DNA of 64,000 nucleotides from NCBI GenBank assembly GCA_036280655.1, contig DASUQI010000058.1, positions 2,258 to 66,257 on the forward strand, written 5' to 3'. The DNA is from Actinomycetota bacterium (GTDB lineage: Bacteria; Actinomycetota; UBA4738; HRBIN12). Each line of letters begins with the position of its first letter. The first letter of the stretch is position 1. The notes below the pieces were generated by a model. The model did no database searches, had not been told where the DNA came from, and was given only the letters and a program-made list of their open reading frames with translations. The position numbers and the translations under genes were made by a program. Shown here piece by piece: positions 43,420 to 54,859 of the stretch.

Positions 43420-43584
43420 GTGGACGGAACGCTCACCTACGCGATCGAGCTCGCCGTCGGCCTCGGATGCGTCGCGGCCGCCGTCCCCTTGCTCCGAACG
43501 CGCCGGCTGCGGTGGCTCGCGATCGTGCTCCTCGTCGCCGGCGGCGCGGCGATCGCGCACGCGGCGTTCCGGCTGCTGTCGTGA
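43420..43584 (+). CDS. Possible small two-TM membrane peptide (54 aa)
   Basis: GTG 43420: VDGTLTYAIELAVGLGCVAAAVPLLRTRRLRWLAIVLLVAGGAAIAHAAFRLLS. Hydrophobic, but no family was recognised. Confidence 0.3.
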   Translation: MDGTLTYAIELAVGLGCVAAAVPLLRTRRLRWLAIVLLVAGGAAIAHAAFRLLS

Positions 43585-43587
43585 GCC

Positions 43588-44580
43588 CTACAGGATCCCG
43601 CGGTCCTCGAACGCGTTCTCGACCTTGATCGCGGCCCCGTGCCCCTCGAGGCCCTCCGCGGCGGCGACGGTCGCGACCGCCGCCTCCTCGAACGACGGGT
43701 CGCGCCCGAAGTCGAACTGCGCCTGCAGGATGATGCGGTCGGCCGTCTCGCGGCCGAGGGTCTGGTGGATGTCGAACAGGGCCCGCGACCAGACCTGGCC
43801 GTCGTGGTGGATCCGTCCGTCCATGTCGTCCACGGTCAGGTCGAGGTCGACACGGCGCAGGCAGTGGATCGGGTCGCCCACGGTGTAGGAGACCGAGTCC
43901 CAGTCGGCGATGCACCCGGGCTCGAACCCGCCCGACGTCGGCACGCTCATCGTGTACGCCCAGTAGTCGCCGAAGCCCTCGCCGATCGAGTTCGCGTCGT
44001 GGGTGACGCCGAACCCGGGCACCTGATCGTCCTGGATCGCGTGGCCGTACTCGTGCCAGATGACCTCGATGTCCTCGCCGTCGTCCACGCCGCCCTTGCC
44101 GACCGTGATCGTGTCCTTCTTCGGGTCGTAGAAGCTGTTGTCCCCGCCGAATTGGTCGGCGCGGAACGTCTGCGGCTCGTTGTTGACGTCCGTGAACCCG
44201 AGGCTCTGGATGTAGAGCTGGGCCTGCGTGAGCGCGTAGTACCCCATGACCTGCTCGAACCACGTGTGATCGCGGCCGAACAGGAACGTGCCGTCGTCGC
44301 TCTCCGCGCAACTCTTGTTCCCGCAGACGTCCGCGTAGTCACCGCGAAGGTTCCCGCTGTCGTCGAGGTTCGTGAGCGTGACGAGCCGGTACGCGGGCTG
44401 GAGCGCCGCGTAGTCCGCGTCCTTCTGGTCGGTGAGCGTCTCGTCCTGCAGCGCGGCGACCGGGTTCGGATCGAACAGGCGGCCCTCGGCGGTTCCGGTG
44501 AACGCCTGTGCGGGCGCCGCGAGGATCAGGACCGCGAACGCGAGGGCGCCGACGGCCAGCGCATGACGGAGACGATGCAT
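43588..44580 (-). CDS. Secreted zinc metalloprotease (HExxH plus downstream Glu, thermolysin/fungalysin-like)
   Basis: 330 aa. GAGGAGG precedes ATG 44580. Signal peptide ALAVGALAFAVLILAAPAQA. VIWHEYGHAIQD and EGFGDYWA motifs. Confidence 0.8.
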   Translation of the reverse strand: MHRLRHALAVGALAFAVLILAAPAQAFTGTAEGRLFDPNPVAALQDETLTDQKDADYAALQPAYRLVTLTNLDDSGNLRGDYADVCGNKSCAESDDGTFLFGRDHTWFEQVMGYYALTQAQLYIQSLGFTDVNNEPQTFRADQFGGDNSFYDPKKDTITVGKGGVDDGEDIEVIWHEYGHAIQDDQVPGFGVTHDANSIGEGFGDYWAYTMSVPTSGGFEPGCIADWDSVSYTVGDPIHCLRRVDLDLTVDDMDGRIHHDGQVWSRALFDIHQTLGRETADRIILQAQFDFGRDPSFEEAAVATVAAAEGLEGHGAAIKVENAFEDRGIL

Positions 44581-44630
44581 CCGGACCTCCTCGGGGTGAG
44601 TGCGACCACCCTAGCAACGGGCGTCGGAAG

Positions 44631-46214
<1,584 letters not shown>

Positions 46215-46263
46215 CCGAGGCCAAGGGTAGTAGGTTCGGCTGCAACGGAGGAGGCGCGCCGCG

Positions 46264-46953
46264 ATGGAGACGAAGCCGAACGAGCGGTTCGACGGATCGC
46301 ACCGACACGAGGACGTGCTCGACGACCGCGACGAGGCGCCGTGGGAGCACGTCCACGAACGCCCGATCGCCCCCGAGCAGTGGGAGCGGTACCAGGAGTG
46401 GATCGCCGAGATCTTCTCGGCGTTCGGGATGCACCTGGACACGCCGGGGACGCGGCGCACCCCCGAGCGCTTCCTGCAGGCGCTCCTCGACGCCACGGTC
46501 GGGTACGAGGGCGACCCGAAGCTCGTGACCGCCTTCCCCACCGAATGCCGCGGAGGCCCCGACTGCCGGATCAGCCAGGTGATCGAGGGACCGATCCCGT
46601 TCTACGCGCTCTGCGAGCACCACGCGTTCCCGTTCTTCGGCGTCGCGCACGTGGGCTACGTCGCGCACGAGCACATCATCGGGATCTCGAAGCTCACCCG
46701 CCTCGTGCGCGTCTACGCGCGCCGATTCACGGTGCAGGAGCGCCTCGGGCAGGAGATCGCCGACCACCTCGAGCACCTCCTCCAGCCGCACGCCGTCGCC
46801 GTGCATCTCTCGGCCGCGCACCTCTGCACCCAGATGCGCGGCGTGCGCGAGGAACGATCGCGCACGTGGACGACGTTCTGGCGCGGCACCTACGAGACCG
46901 AGCCCGAGATGCGCCGCGAGTTCCTCGAGGTCGCATCGCGGACCGATGCCTGA
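46264..46953 (+). CDS. folE: GTP cyclohydrolase I (FolE type) with an N-terminal extension of about 40 aa
   Basis: 229 aa: [67 protein letters not shown]. Confidence 0.9.
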   Translation: METKPNERFDGSHRHEDVLDDRDEAPWEHVHERPIAPEQWERYQEWIAEIFSAFGMHLDTPGTRRTPERFLQALLDATVGYEGDPKLVTAFPTECRGGPDCRISQVIEGPIPFYALCEHHAFPFFGVAHVGYVAHEHIIGISKLTRLVRVYARRFTVQERLGQEIADHLEHLLQPHAVAVHLSAAHLCTQMRGVREERSRTWTTFWRGTYETEPEMRREFLEVASRTDA

Positions 46954-47755
46954 CCTCGATCCGCCGATCGAGCTGCTGTTCGGCTCGCCTGAGGGGGAGG
47001 ACCTGCCGGACCGGCTCGCCGAGGCCTACGGCTCCGGACTGGGGCTGCCCGACCGGGTCGTCTACGCGAACTTCGTGGGCTCGATCGACGGGATCGTGGC
47101 GATCGGCGAGCTCGGGCCGTCCTCGTCGGTGATCAGCGGCCGAGACCCGGGCGACCGGTTCGTCATGGCCCTGCTCCGCGCGGCCGCCGACGTCGTGCTC
47201 GTCGGCGCCGGCACGTTCCGGGACCACCGAGGGCCGTGGACGGCGGCGGCGAGCTTCCCCGACGCGGGCGAGGCGTTCGCCGAGCTGCGCCGGCGCGAGG
47301 GACGGGCGCCGGAGCCGCCGCTCGCGGTGGTGACGGCGAGCGGGGACCTCGGAGCCGAGGAGGGCGGCTCGCTCGAGGGGACGCTCGTGCTCACGACCGA
47401 GGAAGGCGCGGTCGCGCTCGAGGGGACCGGTGCCGACGTCGTCGTGCTGGGCGTCGACGGCGAGCTCGACGGCGGCCGCATCGTCGAGCGCCTGCGTGAC
47501 CGCGGGTTCCGCCGGATCCTCACCGAGGGCGGGCCGCGGCTCATGGCGCAGCTCGTCGAGGCCCGCGTCGTGCAGGAGCTGTTCCTCACGGTCTCCCCGG
47601 TGATCTCCGGCGAGGGCGACCGGCCCGGCGAACGCTCCACGCTCACGCCCGGGCTCGAGCTCCTGCCCCACGACCGCCGCGACGCCGTCCTTCGCAGCGT
47701 CCGGCGCCGCGGCTCGTACCTGTTCGTCCGGTACGGGCTCGAGGACGGCGGGTAG
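46946..47755 (+). CDS. RibD C-terminal-domain / dihydrofolate-reductase-like pyrimidine reductase family protein
   Basis: 269 aa. ATG 46946 overlaps the folE end by 8 nt. VYANFVGSIDGIVA...RAAADVVLVGAGTFR...RRILTEGGPRLMAQLVEARVVQELFLTVSPV. Confidence 0.75.
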   Translation: MPDLDPPIELLFGSPEGEDLPDRLAEAYGSGLGLPDRVVYANFVGSIDGIVAIGELGPSSSVISGRDPGDRFVMALLRAAADVVLVGAGTFRDHRGPWTAAASFPDAGEAFAELRRREGRAPEPPLAVVTASGDLGAEEGGSLEGTLVLTTEEGAVALEGTGADVVVLGVDGELDGGRIVERLRDRGFRRILTEGGPRLMAQLVEARVVQELFLTVSPVISGEGDRPGERSTLTPGLELLPHDRRDAVLRSVRRRGSYLFVRYGLEDGG

Positions 47756-47766
47756 GCTTCGGCCCC

Positions 47767-48414
47767 GTGGATATCGTCGACCCGCGAGTCGAGGACTACA
47801 TGCGGTCGCTCCTCGTCCGGTACGACGAGCCCGTGCTCCTCGAGATGGAGGCCGAGGGCACGGAGCGGCATTTCCCGATCATCGGCCGGCTCGTCGGGGT
47901 CACGGTGGAACTGCTCGCGCGTTCGGTCGGCGCGAGCCGCGTCTTCGAGCTCGGGTCGGGGTTCGGCTACTCGGCCTACTGGTTCGCGCGCGCCGTCGGT
48001 CCCGGCGGCGAGGTCCACTGCACCGACGGCGACCCCGACAACCGGCCGAAGGCGCTCGGCTACCTCTCGCGGGCCGGCCTCGCCGAGCCGATCCGCTGGC
48101 ACGTCGGCGATGCCGTGACGAACCTCGCGGCGGTCGAGGGCGAGTTCGACGTCGTGTACTGCGACATCGACAAGGAGGGGTACCCGGACGCGTGGCGGGC
48201 CGCCTCGGACCGGATCCGGGTGGGCGGCCTCTATGTGTGCGACAACGTCCTGTGGTCGGGGCAGGTGGCCGAGCCCGGGGCCGACCACGGCCGGGACGAG
48301 AAGACGACCGACGCGATCCTGGAGCACAACCGGCTCGTGGCCGAGGACGAGCGGTACGTCTCCGCGATCGTGCCGACCCGCGACGGCGTGTTCGCGGCGT
48401 TGCGCGTGGCGTAG
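47767..48414 (+). CDS. Class I SAM-dependent O-methyltransferase (caffeoyl-CoA OMT-like)
   Basis: 215 aa: VFELGSGFGYSAYWFA, FDVVYCDIDKEGY, GGLYVCDNVLWSG. Confidence 0.8.
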   Translation: MDIVDPRVEDYMRSLLVRYDEPVLLEMEAEGTERHFPIIGRLVGVTVELLARSVGASRVFELGSGFGYSAYWFARAVGPGGEVHCTDGDPDNRPKALGYLSRAGLAEPIRWHVGDAVTNLAAVEGEFDVVYCDIDKEGYPDAWRAASDRIRVGGLYVCDNVLWSGQVAEPGADHGRDEKTTDAILEHNRLVAEDERYVSAIVPTRDGVFAALRVA

Positions 48415-48473
48415 ACTCCGCGCGGCCCGCGGGCGTTCGCGGGGGCCGCCGCTAGGCTGGAGCTCGAGGACGG

Positions 48474-48869
48474 ATGGCGAAGCGGAAGTCCGACGTCGGG
48501 ACCCTGTACAAGGGCAGTCCGGGACAGTGGTCCTGGCTGCTGCACCGCATCACCGGCGTCGCCATCATCCTGTTCCTGTTCGCTCACGTGGTCGACACGG
48601 CCGTGGTCGGCTGGGGGCCCGAGGCGTACAACCGGGTCATCAGCGTGTACCACAACTGGGTCGTCAAGCTGCTGGAGCTCGGACTGGTCGCGGCGGTCCT
48701 CTACCACTCGATCAACGGCGTGAAGATCATGGTGTTCGACTTCTGGCCGGCGAGCTCGAGGCACATGAAGCCGATCGCCCTCGCGTCGACCGCGTTGTTC
48801 GTCCTCAGCATGATCCCGATCACGTGGATCATGGGGCAGAGCATCCTCGAGGACGCGGGGATCCTCTGA
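48474..48869 (+). CDS. sdhC: Succinate dehydrogenase cytochrome b subunit
   Basis: 131 aa with three TM helices and the SWLLHRITGVAIILFLFAHV motif. First gene of sdhCDAB. Confidence 0.8.
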   Translation: MAKRKSDVGTLYKGSPGQWSWLLHRITGVAIILFLFAHVVDTAVVGWGPEAYNRVISVYHNWVVKLLELGLVAAVLYHSINGVKIMVFDFWPASSRHMKPIALASTALFVLSMIPITWIMGQSILEDAGIL

Positions 48870-49315
48870 TGGCGATCGAGGCCCCCGCGCGCGCGACGCC
48901 ACCCGAGCCGCCGCGGGGCTCGCTCGGGTACAAGGGCCGCGACCGGCCGGCCGGCGGGTTCGAGCTCTGGTCGTGGCTGTTCATGCGGATCAGCGGCATC
49001 GTGCTGCTGGTGCTCGCCGTCGGGCACGTCCTGATCATGCACGTGCTCGACGACGGCGTGGACCGCGTCGACTTCGGCTTCGTGGCCGCGAGGTGGGGAA
49101 GCCCGTTCTGGCGGTCGTGGGACTGGGCGCTGCTCGTGCTCGCGCTGATCCACGGGATCAACGGGCTCCGCGTCATCGTGCAGGACTACGTCCGCTGGCC
49201 GAGCGTCCGGCTCGCCGTGAACATGCTCTTCTACGCGATCGGGTTCGGGCTGTTCGTCCTCGGGACCGTGGTGGTGTTCACGTTCGACCCGAACGAGTGG
49301 CCGGGGACCTCGTAG
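48869..49315 (+). CDS. sdhD: Succinate dehydrogenase hydrophobic membrane anchor subunit
   Basis: 148 aa from ATG 48869 (1-nt overlap, TGATG): [41 protein letters not shown]. Confidence 0.75.
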   Translation: MAIEAPARATPPEPPRGSLGYKGRDRPAGGFELWSWLFMRISGIVLLVLAVGHVLIMHVLDDGVDRVDFGFVAARWGSPFWRSWDWALLVLALIHGINGLRVIVQDYVRWPSVRLAVNMLFYAIGFGLFVLGTVVVFTFDPNEWPGTS

Positions 49316-49319
49316 GCGC

Positions 49320-51056
49320 ATGACGACCTTCCACACGTACGACACGTTGATCGTCGGCGCCGGCGGCGCCGGGCTCCGCGCGGCGATCGAGGCCTCCGAC
49401 CGCGTGAGGACCGCCGTGATCTCCAAGCTCTACCCCACGCGCTCGCACACGGGGACCGCGCAGGGAGGGATGTGCGCCGCGCTCGCCAACGTCGAGGAGG
49501 ACTCTCCCGAGTGGCACGCGTTCGACACGGTCAAGGGCGGCGACTACCTCGTCGACCAGCCGGCGGCCAAGCTGATGTGCGAGGAGGCCGTGCACGCGGT
49601 CTACGAGCTCGAGCACTGGGGCCTGCCCTTCAACCGCACACCCGAGGGCAAGATCGACCAGCGGCGGTTCGGCGGGCACACCCGCAACCACGGCGAGGCG
49701 CCGGTCAAGCGCGCGTGCTTCGCGGCCGACCGCACCGGCCACATGATCCTGCAGACGCTCTACCAGCAGTGCGTGAAGCGGAACGTGCGCTTCTTCAACG
49801 AGTTCTACGTGCTCGACCAGCTGATGGTGGACGGCGCGTGCGCCGGCGTCGTCGCATACGAGCTCGCGACCGGCGAGCTGCACGTGTTCCGGGCGAAGTC
49901 GGTCGTCTACGCGACCGGCGGCTACGGTCGGATGTTCAAGGTCTCCTCGAACGCCCACACGCTCACCGGCGACGGGCCCGCGGTGCTGTTCCGCCGCGGG
50001 ATCCCGCTCGAGGACATGGAGTTCTTCCAGTTCCACCCGACCGGCGTCTACAAGATGGGGATCCTGCTTTCCGAGGCGGTCCGCGGCGAGGGCGGCGTGC
50101 TGCTGAACAGCGAGGACGAGCGCTTCATGGAGCGCTACGCGCCCACGGTGAAGGACCTCGCGCCGCGCGACATGGTGAGCCGGGCGATCTTCCAGGAGAT
50201 CAAGGAGGGCCGCGGCGCCGGGCCGAACCGCGACGCGGTCTGGCTCGACGTCCGCCACCTGCCCCGGGACGTGATCGAGGAGAAACTCCCCGACGTGACC
50301 GAGTTCGCGCGCGTCTACCTCGGCGTCGAGCCGACGCGGGAGCTCGTGCCGATCCAGCCGACGGCCCACTACGCGATGGGCGGGATCCCGACGAACGTCG
50401 ACGGACAGGTCGTGCTCGGACAGGACGAGACGCCGGTCCCCGGCCTCTACGCGGCCGGCGAGTGCGCGTGCGTCTCGGTGCACGGCGCGAACCGGCTCGG
50501 CACGAACTCGCTCCTCGACATCGTGGTGTTCGGCAAGCGGGGCGGGAAGCACGCCGCGGCGTTCGCGGCCGACGCCGAGCTCCCCGAGCTGCCGGAACGC
50601 CCCGAGGGCTCCGTGCGCGACACGGTGGACGGCCTGCTCAACCGTCCCGAGGGCGCCAACGCCGCGGACATCAGGAACGAGCTCCAGGACTCGATGCAGG
50701 ACCTCGCGTTCGTCGTCCGGACCGAGGAGAGCCTGCGGAAGATGCAGGAGATCCTCGTCGGCCTCGGCGAACGGTTCGAGCGGGTGTACGTCCAAGACTC
50801 CGGGGCCGTGTTCAATACGGAGCTGATGGAGGTCATGGAGCTCGGGTTCCTGCTCGACTGCGCCGATGCGCTCGTGGCCGCGGCGCTCGCCCGCGACGAG
50901 AGCCGCGGGGGCCACTACCGGGAGGACCACCCGCTCCGCGACGACGCGAACTGGCTGCAGCACTCGCTCGCGTACCGGCAGGACGACGGGTCGATCCGCC
51001 TCGAGCACAAGCCCGTCAAGCTCGGGCCGTACGTCCCGATGGAGCGCAAGTACTGA
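49320..51056 (+). CDS. sdhA: Succinate dehydrogenase flavoprotein subunit
   Basis: 578 aa: [24 protein letters not shown] (FAD-linking His), [22 protein letters not shown]. Confidence 0.95.
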   Translation: MTTFHTYDTLIVGAGGAGLRAAIEASDRVRTAVISKLYPTRSHTGTAQGGMCAALANVEEDSPEWHAFDTVKGGDYLVDQPAAKLMCEEAVHAVYELEHWGLPFNRTPEGKIDQRRFGGHTRNHGEAPVKRACFAADRTGHMILQTLYQQCVKRNVRFFNEFYVLDQLMVDGACAGVVAYELATGELHVFRAKSVVYATGGYGRMFKVSSNAHTLTGDGPAVLFRRGIPLEDMEFFQFHPTGVYKMGILLSEAVRGEGGVLLNSEDERFMERYAPTVKDLAPRDMVSRAIFQEIKEGRGAGPNRDAVWLDVRHLPRDVIEEKLPDVTEFARVYLGVEPTRELVPIQPTAHYAMGGIPTNVDGQVVLGQDETPVPGLYAAGECACVSVHGANRLGTNSLLDIVVFGKRGGKHAAAFAADAELPELPERPEGSVRDTVDGLLNRPEGANAADIRNELQDSMQDLAFVVRTEESLRKMQEILVGLGERFERVYVQDSGAVFNTELMEVMELGFLLDCADALVAAALARDESRGGHYREDHPLRDDANWLQHSLAYRQDDGSIRLEHKPVKLGPYVPMERKY

Positions 51057-51832
51057 TGGATACCACCGAACGTGGACTCGGCGAGGTCCTCGAGGGATCC
51101 GACCGGCGCGCTGCCGGCGCGACGCATCGGGTAACGCTGACGCTCAAGATCCGGCGGTTCAACCCCGAGCTCCGGGGCCAGGAGTCCTGGTGGGACGAGT
51201 TCGAGATCCAGGCCGACCCCGACGACCGGCTGCTCGACGCCCTGCACCAGGTGAAGTGGTACCACGACGGAACGCTCGCGCTCCGCCGGTCCTGCGCACA
51301 CGGCATCTGCGGCTCGGACGCGATGATGATCGACGGGAAGAACCGGCTCGCGTGCAAAGTGATCGTCCGCGACGTGGTCCCCAAGGTCACGGTCGAGCCG
51401 ATCCGCGGCCTCCCGGTGCTCAAGGACCTGATCGTCGACATGGAGCCGTTCTTCGCCGGCTACCGCTCGGTGCTCCCCTACCTGATCAACGACTCGGGGG
51501 AGCCCGACGCCGAACGCCTCCAGTCGCCCGAGGACCGGCACCGGTTCGACGACACCACGAAGTGCATCCTGTGTGCCGCTTGCACCACCTCGTGCCCGAT
51601 CTTCTGGGGCGACCAGGAGTACGTCGGCCCGGCGGCGATCGTGAACGCCCACCGCTTCATCTACGACTCGCGCGACGAAGGCGCCGAGGAGCGGATGAAG
51701 ATCCTGGCCGACAAGACCGGCGTCTTCCGCTGCCGGACGACGTTCAACTGCACCGACGCGTGCCCACGCGGCATCGAGGTCACGAAGGCGATCCAGGACG
51801 TGAAGCGCTCGATCCTGTTCGAACGCTTCTGA
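51056..51832 (+). CDS. sdhB: Succinate dehydrogenase iron-sulfur subunit
   Basis: 258 aa from ATG 51056 (TGATG overlap). Cys clusters: SCAHGICGSDAMMIDGKNRLAC, CILCAACTTSCP, CRTTFNCTDACP. Confidence 0.95.
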   Translation: MDTTERGLGEVLEGSDRRAAGATHRVTLTLKIRRFNPELRGQESWWDEFEIQADPDDRLLDALHQVKWYHDGTLALRRSCAHGICGSDAMMIDGKNRLACKVIVRDVVPKVTVEPIRGLPVLKDLIVDMEPFFAGYRSVLPYLINDSGEPDAERLQSPEDRHRFDDTTKCILCAACTTSCPIFWGDQEYVGPAAIVNAHRFIYDSRDEGAEERMKILADKTGVFRCRTTFNCTDACPRGIEVTKAIQDVKRSILFERF

Positions 51833-51854
51833 CTTTCTCGATATCGTCCCCAGG

Positions 51855-52692
51855 GTGAGCCGGCCACCCTACGAGGCCGATCTGATCGCGCTGCATTTTC
51901 GACGAGTACGGCGAGGCCGAGTGGAACCGCCACGAGGCGACGCCGGCCGCTCGTGTAGCCTTCCACATCCATCGGCACTACCTCGAGCGATTCATCCACT
52001 CCAACGATCACGTCCTCGACATCGGTGCCGCCTCGGGGCGCTTCACCGTGGAACTCGCTCGCCTCGGAGCACGGATCACCGTGGCGGATATCTCTCAGGG
52101 GCAACTCGACCTGAACGCGAGCCATCTTCAGGAGTCGGGGTTCGAGCATCGTGTGCAGGCGCGCGTGATCGCCGACGTGGTCGACCTCTCCAGGTTCGAC
52201 GACGCCTCGTTCGACGCTGTCGTCTGCTATGGGGGCCCCTTGAGCTGGGTCCTCGACGAAGCCGATCGTGCCCTCGACGAGCTCCTGCGAGTCACCAAGC
52301 GCGGTGGACACGTGCTGCTCGGTGTGATGTCTCTGCACGGATCGCTCCACGCCTTTCTTCCGGGCGTCGCCGAAGAGGTCGATGAATACGGCGCCGAGGC
52401 CATGCAGGTGATCGTCGACAGCGGATTCCTGCCACCGCCGCATAGCACGCACGGCCCGTTACACCTGTACACGTGGAGCGATCTCGAGGCACTGCTGTCG
52501 CGCCACCGTTGCGAGATCGTCGCTGCTTCGGCGGCGAACTTCCTGTCGATCGGCAACGATCAGACGTGCGAGAAGTGGCTCGCGGACCCTCCCATGTGGG
52601 CGCGCTTCCTCCAGTGGGAAACGCATGCCTGCGCGCAACCCGGGGCGCTCGACGGTGGCACCCATATCATCGCCGTCGTTCGCGCCACGTAG
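51855..52692 (+). pseudogene. Class I SAM-dependent methyltransferase with an apparent 1-nt frameshift in a T4 run (or a sequencing error)
   Basis: GTG 51855 gives MSRPPYEADLIALHF. The SAM-binding motif HVLDIGAASGRFTVELARLG and the rest of the domain are in the next frame. That frame has no ATG/GTG/TTG before GTG 52048, which would cut off motif I. Removing one T from TTTT (51896-51899) joins ...LHF to DEYGEAEWNRHE... G+C is lower than in the flanks, by eye. Confidence 0.6.
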
Positions 52693-52701
52693 GGTTCGGC
52701 C

Positions 52702-53766
52702 GTGGCGCACCAGGTGACGCTGATCCCCGGCGACGGCATCGGCCCCGAGGTGTCCGAAGCCGCCCGGCGGGTGCTCGACGCGACCGGCGTCGTGATCGCG
52801 TGGACGGTCGAGGAGGCGGGCGCCGCCGTGCTCGAACGCGAGGGCACGCCCCTGCCCGGTCGCGTCCTCGACCGGATCCGCGAGTCGCGCGTCGCCCTCA
52901 AGGGCCCGATCACCACGCCGGTCGGCACGGGGTTCGCGAGCGTGAATGTCGAGCTGCGGCAGGCGCTCGACCTATTCGCGGCGGTCCGGCCGTCGCGGAC
53001 GCTCCCGGGGGTCGAGACCCGCCACCCGAAGGTCGACCTCGTCGTGATCCGGGAGAACACCGAGGACGTCTATCGGGGCATCGAGTACCCGCTCGGCGCG
53101 CCCGAGACCGCCGACCTGCGCTCCGAGCTTCGCCGGCTCGGCGTCGAGGAGGTCCGTGACGACTCCGCGTTCTCGGTGAAGCCGATCTCAGTCACAGGCG
53201 CGCAGCGCATCGTCCGGTACGCGTTCGAGTACGTTCGCGCGAACGGCCGGCGCCGGGTCACGCTCGGCCACAAGGCGAACATCATGCGGTTCTCGGACGG
53301 CCTGTTCCTGTCGATCGGCCGGATCGAGGCCGAGCGCGATCCCGACGTCTGGTTCGAGGACATGGAGATCGACCAGCTCTCGATGCGTCTGGTCCGCGAC
53401 CCGGAGCGGTTCGACGTCCTCCTGCTGCCGAACCTGTACGGCGACATCCTCTCCGACCTGTGTGCGGGTCTCGTCGGCGGCCTCGGGCTCGCCGCCGGCG
53501 CCAACCTCGGCTGGAAGTACGCGGTGTACGAGCCGGTCCACGGGAGCGCGCCGGACATCGCGGGGAAGGGGGTGGCGAACCCGATCGCGACGATCCGCTC
53601 GGGCGCGATGCTGCTCCGCCACCTCGGCGAGCACGACGCGGCCGCGGCCGTCGAGGTGGCCGTCGACCGGGTCCTCGAGGAGGCGACCGTCCGCACGCCG
53701 GATCTCGGTGGCGCCTCGTCGACCGACGACGTCGCCGACGCCGTGATCGCGCAGCTGCAACCGTGA
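52702..53766 (+). CDS. icd: Isocitrate dehydrogenase, small beta-decarboxylating dehydrogenase type (NAD-type cofactor motif)
   Basis: 354 aa from GTG 52702: TLIPGDGIGPEV, SVNVELRQALDLFAAVRP (Ser-x-Asn as in isocitrate enzymes), NLYGDILSDL, HGSAPDIAGKGVANP. Confidence 0.85.
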   Translation: MAHQVTLIPGDGIGPEVSEAARRVLDATGVVIAWTVEEAGAAVLEREGTPLPGRVLDRIRESRVALKGPITTPVGTGFASVNVELRQALDLFAAVRPSRTLPGVETRHPKVDLVVIRENTEDVYRGIEYPLGAPETADLRSELRRLGVEEVRDDSAFSVKPISVTGAQRIVRYAFEYVRANGRRRVTLGHKANIMRFSDGLFLSIGRIEAERDPDVWFEDMEIDQLSMRLVRDPERFDVLLLPNLYGDILSDLCAGLVGGLGLAAGANLGWKYAVYEPVHGSAPDIAGKGVANPIATIRSGAMLLRHLGEHDAAAAVEVAVDRVLEEATVRTPDLGGASSTDDVADAVIAQLQP

Positions 53767-54392
53767 CGGCCGAACGGCGGCGGCTCGACGCGATCGTCGC
53801 CCTCGCCGGGCTCGGCGTCGTCGCGACCTGCGGCTTCGTCGTGCGCGACGGCACGGTCGGACCGGCCGAGCTCGCCGTGTTCCGCGCCGTCAACGAGCTC
53901 CCGGAGGCCCTGTCGGCTCCGATGCAGGGGGCACAGCTGCTCGGCGTGCTCGTCGTCGGCCCGGTGGCGGCGGCCGTGGCCGCGGTGCTCCGACGGTGGC
54001 GTCTCACGTTGGCATGCTTGCTCGTCACCGCCGAGAAGCTCGTCGCCGAACGGATCGTGTGGGAGCTCGTGTCGCGATCGCGTCCCGGCACGACGATCCC
54101 GGACGCGATCGTCCGCGGCAGCACGCCGAGCGCCGGCGCCTCGTTCGTCTCCGGCCACGTCGTGCTCGTGACCGGCCTGGCCTGGGTGATCACGCCGTAC
54201 CTCCGCGGGCGGTGGCGGGTGGCCCCGTGGGTCGTCGTCGCCCTCGTCGCCTTCGCGCGCCTGTACCTCGGGGCGCACGCGCCGCTCGACGTCCTCGGAG
54301 GGCTCGCGCTCGGGCTGGTCGTCGGTGGCGTCGCCAACCTCGTCGCCGGGATCGAGCGGCGGGGCTTGCCGACGGACGAGGCCCCGCGGTAG
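53763..54392 (+). CDS. PAP2-superfamily membrane phosphatase
   Basis: 209 aa from GTG 53763 (GTGA overlap). PAP2 motifs SFVSGH and ARLYLGAHAPLDVLGG. Several TM helices. Confidence 0.75.
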   Translation: MTAERRRLDAIVALAGLGVVATCGFVVRDGTVGPAELAVFRAVNELPEALSAPMQGAQLLGVLVVGPVAAAVAAVLRRWRLTLACLLVTAEKLVAERIVWELVSRSRPGTTIPDAIVRGSTPSAGASFVSGHVVLVTGLAWVITPYLRGRWRVAPWVVVALVAFARLYLGAHAPLDVLGGLALGLVVGGVANLVAGIERRGLPTDEAPR

Positions 54393-54424
54393 GACGGAGG
54401 TCAGCAGTTCGATCGGAGGCAGCG

Positions 54425-54628
54425 ATGACGGCCAAGCGAGGCGACCGGATCGAGGTCGAGTCGGAGACCGTCGGTACCCCGACGCGCGAGGGCGAGATCC
54501 TCGAGGTCCTGCAGGGCGAGATCTCCGTCCGGTACCGGATCCGCTGGCAGGACGGTCACGAGTCGGTGTTCACGCCGAGCGGGGGCACCGCGAGGATCGT
54601 CTCGACCGCGTCGAAGAAGAAGCGGTAG
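54425..54628 (+). CDS. DUF1918-like small protein
   Basis: 67 aa: MTAKRGDRIEVESETVGTPTREGEILEVLQGEISVRYRIRWQDGHESVFTPSGG, matching the DUF1918 pattern as I remember it. Confidence 0.6.
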   Translation: MTAKRGDRIEVESETVGTPTREGEILEVLQGEISVRYRIRWQDGHESVFTPSGGTARIVSTASKKKR

Positions 54629-54658
54629 TCAGTCCGGGTGCGGCTGCGGATTCGACCC

Positions 54659-54677
54659 GGAGCCCGGACCGGGCTCC
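54659..54677. terminator. GC-rich palindrome/hairpin between convergent genes
   Basis: GGAGCCCGG-a-CCGGGCTCC, overlapped by a second hairpin GCTCCC-gc-GGGAGC. It lies between the DUF1918 gene (+) and the small Cys-motif ORF (-). Confidence 0.35.
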
Positions 54678-54688
54678 CGCGGGAGCTG

Positions 54689-54859
54689 TCAGCAGCCGGG
54701 TTCGCCGAGGTGCCCGCAGCACTGCGCGCGCGAGAACGTCGCATGGAGGCGGTTGCGGGACGCGAGACGGACCTTGGTGGGCAGCGGGGCGTCGTACTCC
54801 CGCCAGTTGGTGAAGAACTGCCCGACGTAGCGACGGAGCTCCCGGAGGAACCGACGCAC
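54689..54859 (-). CDS. Small basic protein (56 aa) ending in CCGHLGEPGC, unknown function
   Basis: GTG 54859 overlaps the fumarase beta TAG by 1 nt (TAGTG). VRRFLRELRRYVGQFFTNWREYDAPLPTKVRLASRNRLHATFSRAQCCGHLGEPGC. Strong G/C3 bias. In the track it is only the tail of a 615-aa shadow ORF. Confidence 0.45.
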   Translation of the reverse strand: MRRFLRELRRYVGQFFTNWREYDAPLPTKVRLASRNRLHATFSRAQCCGHLGEPGC

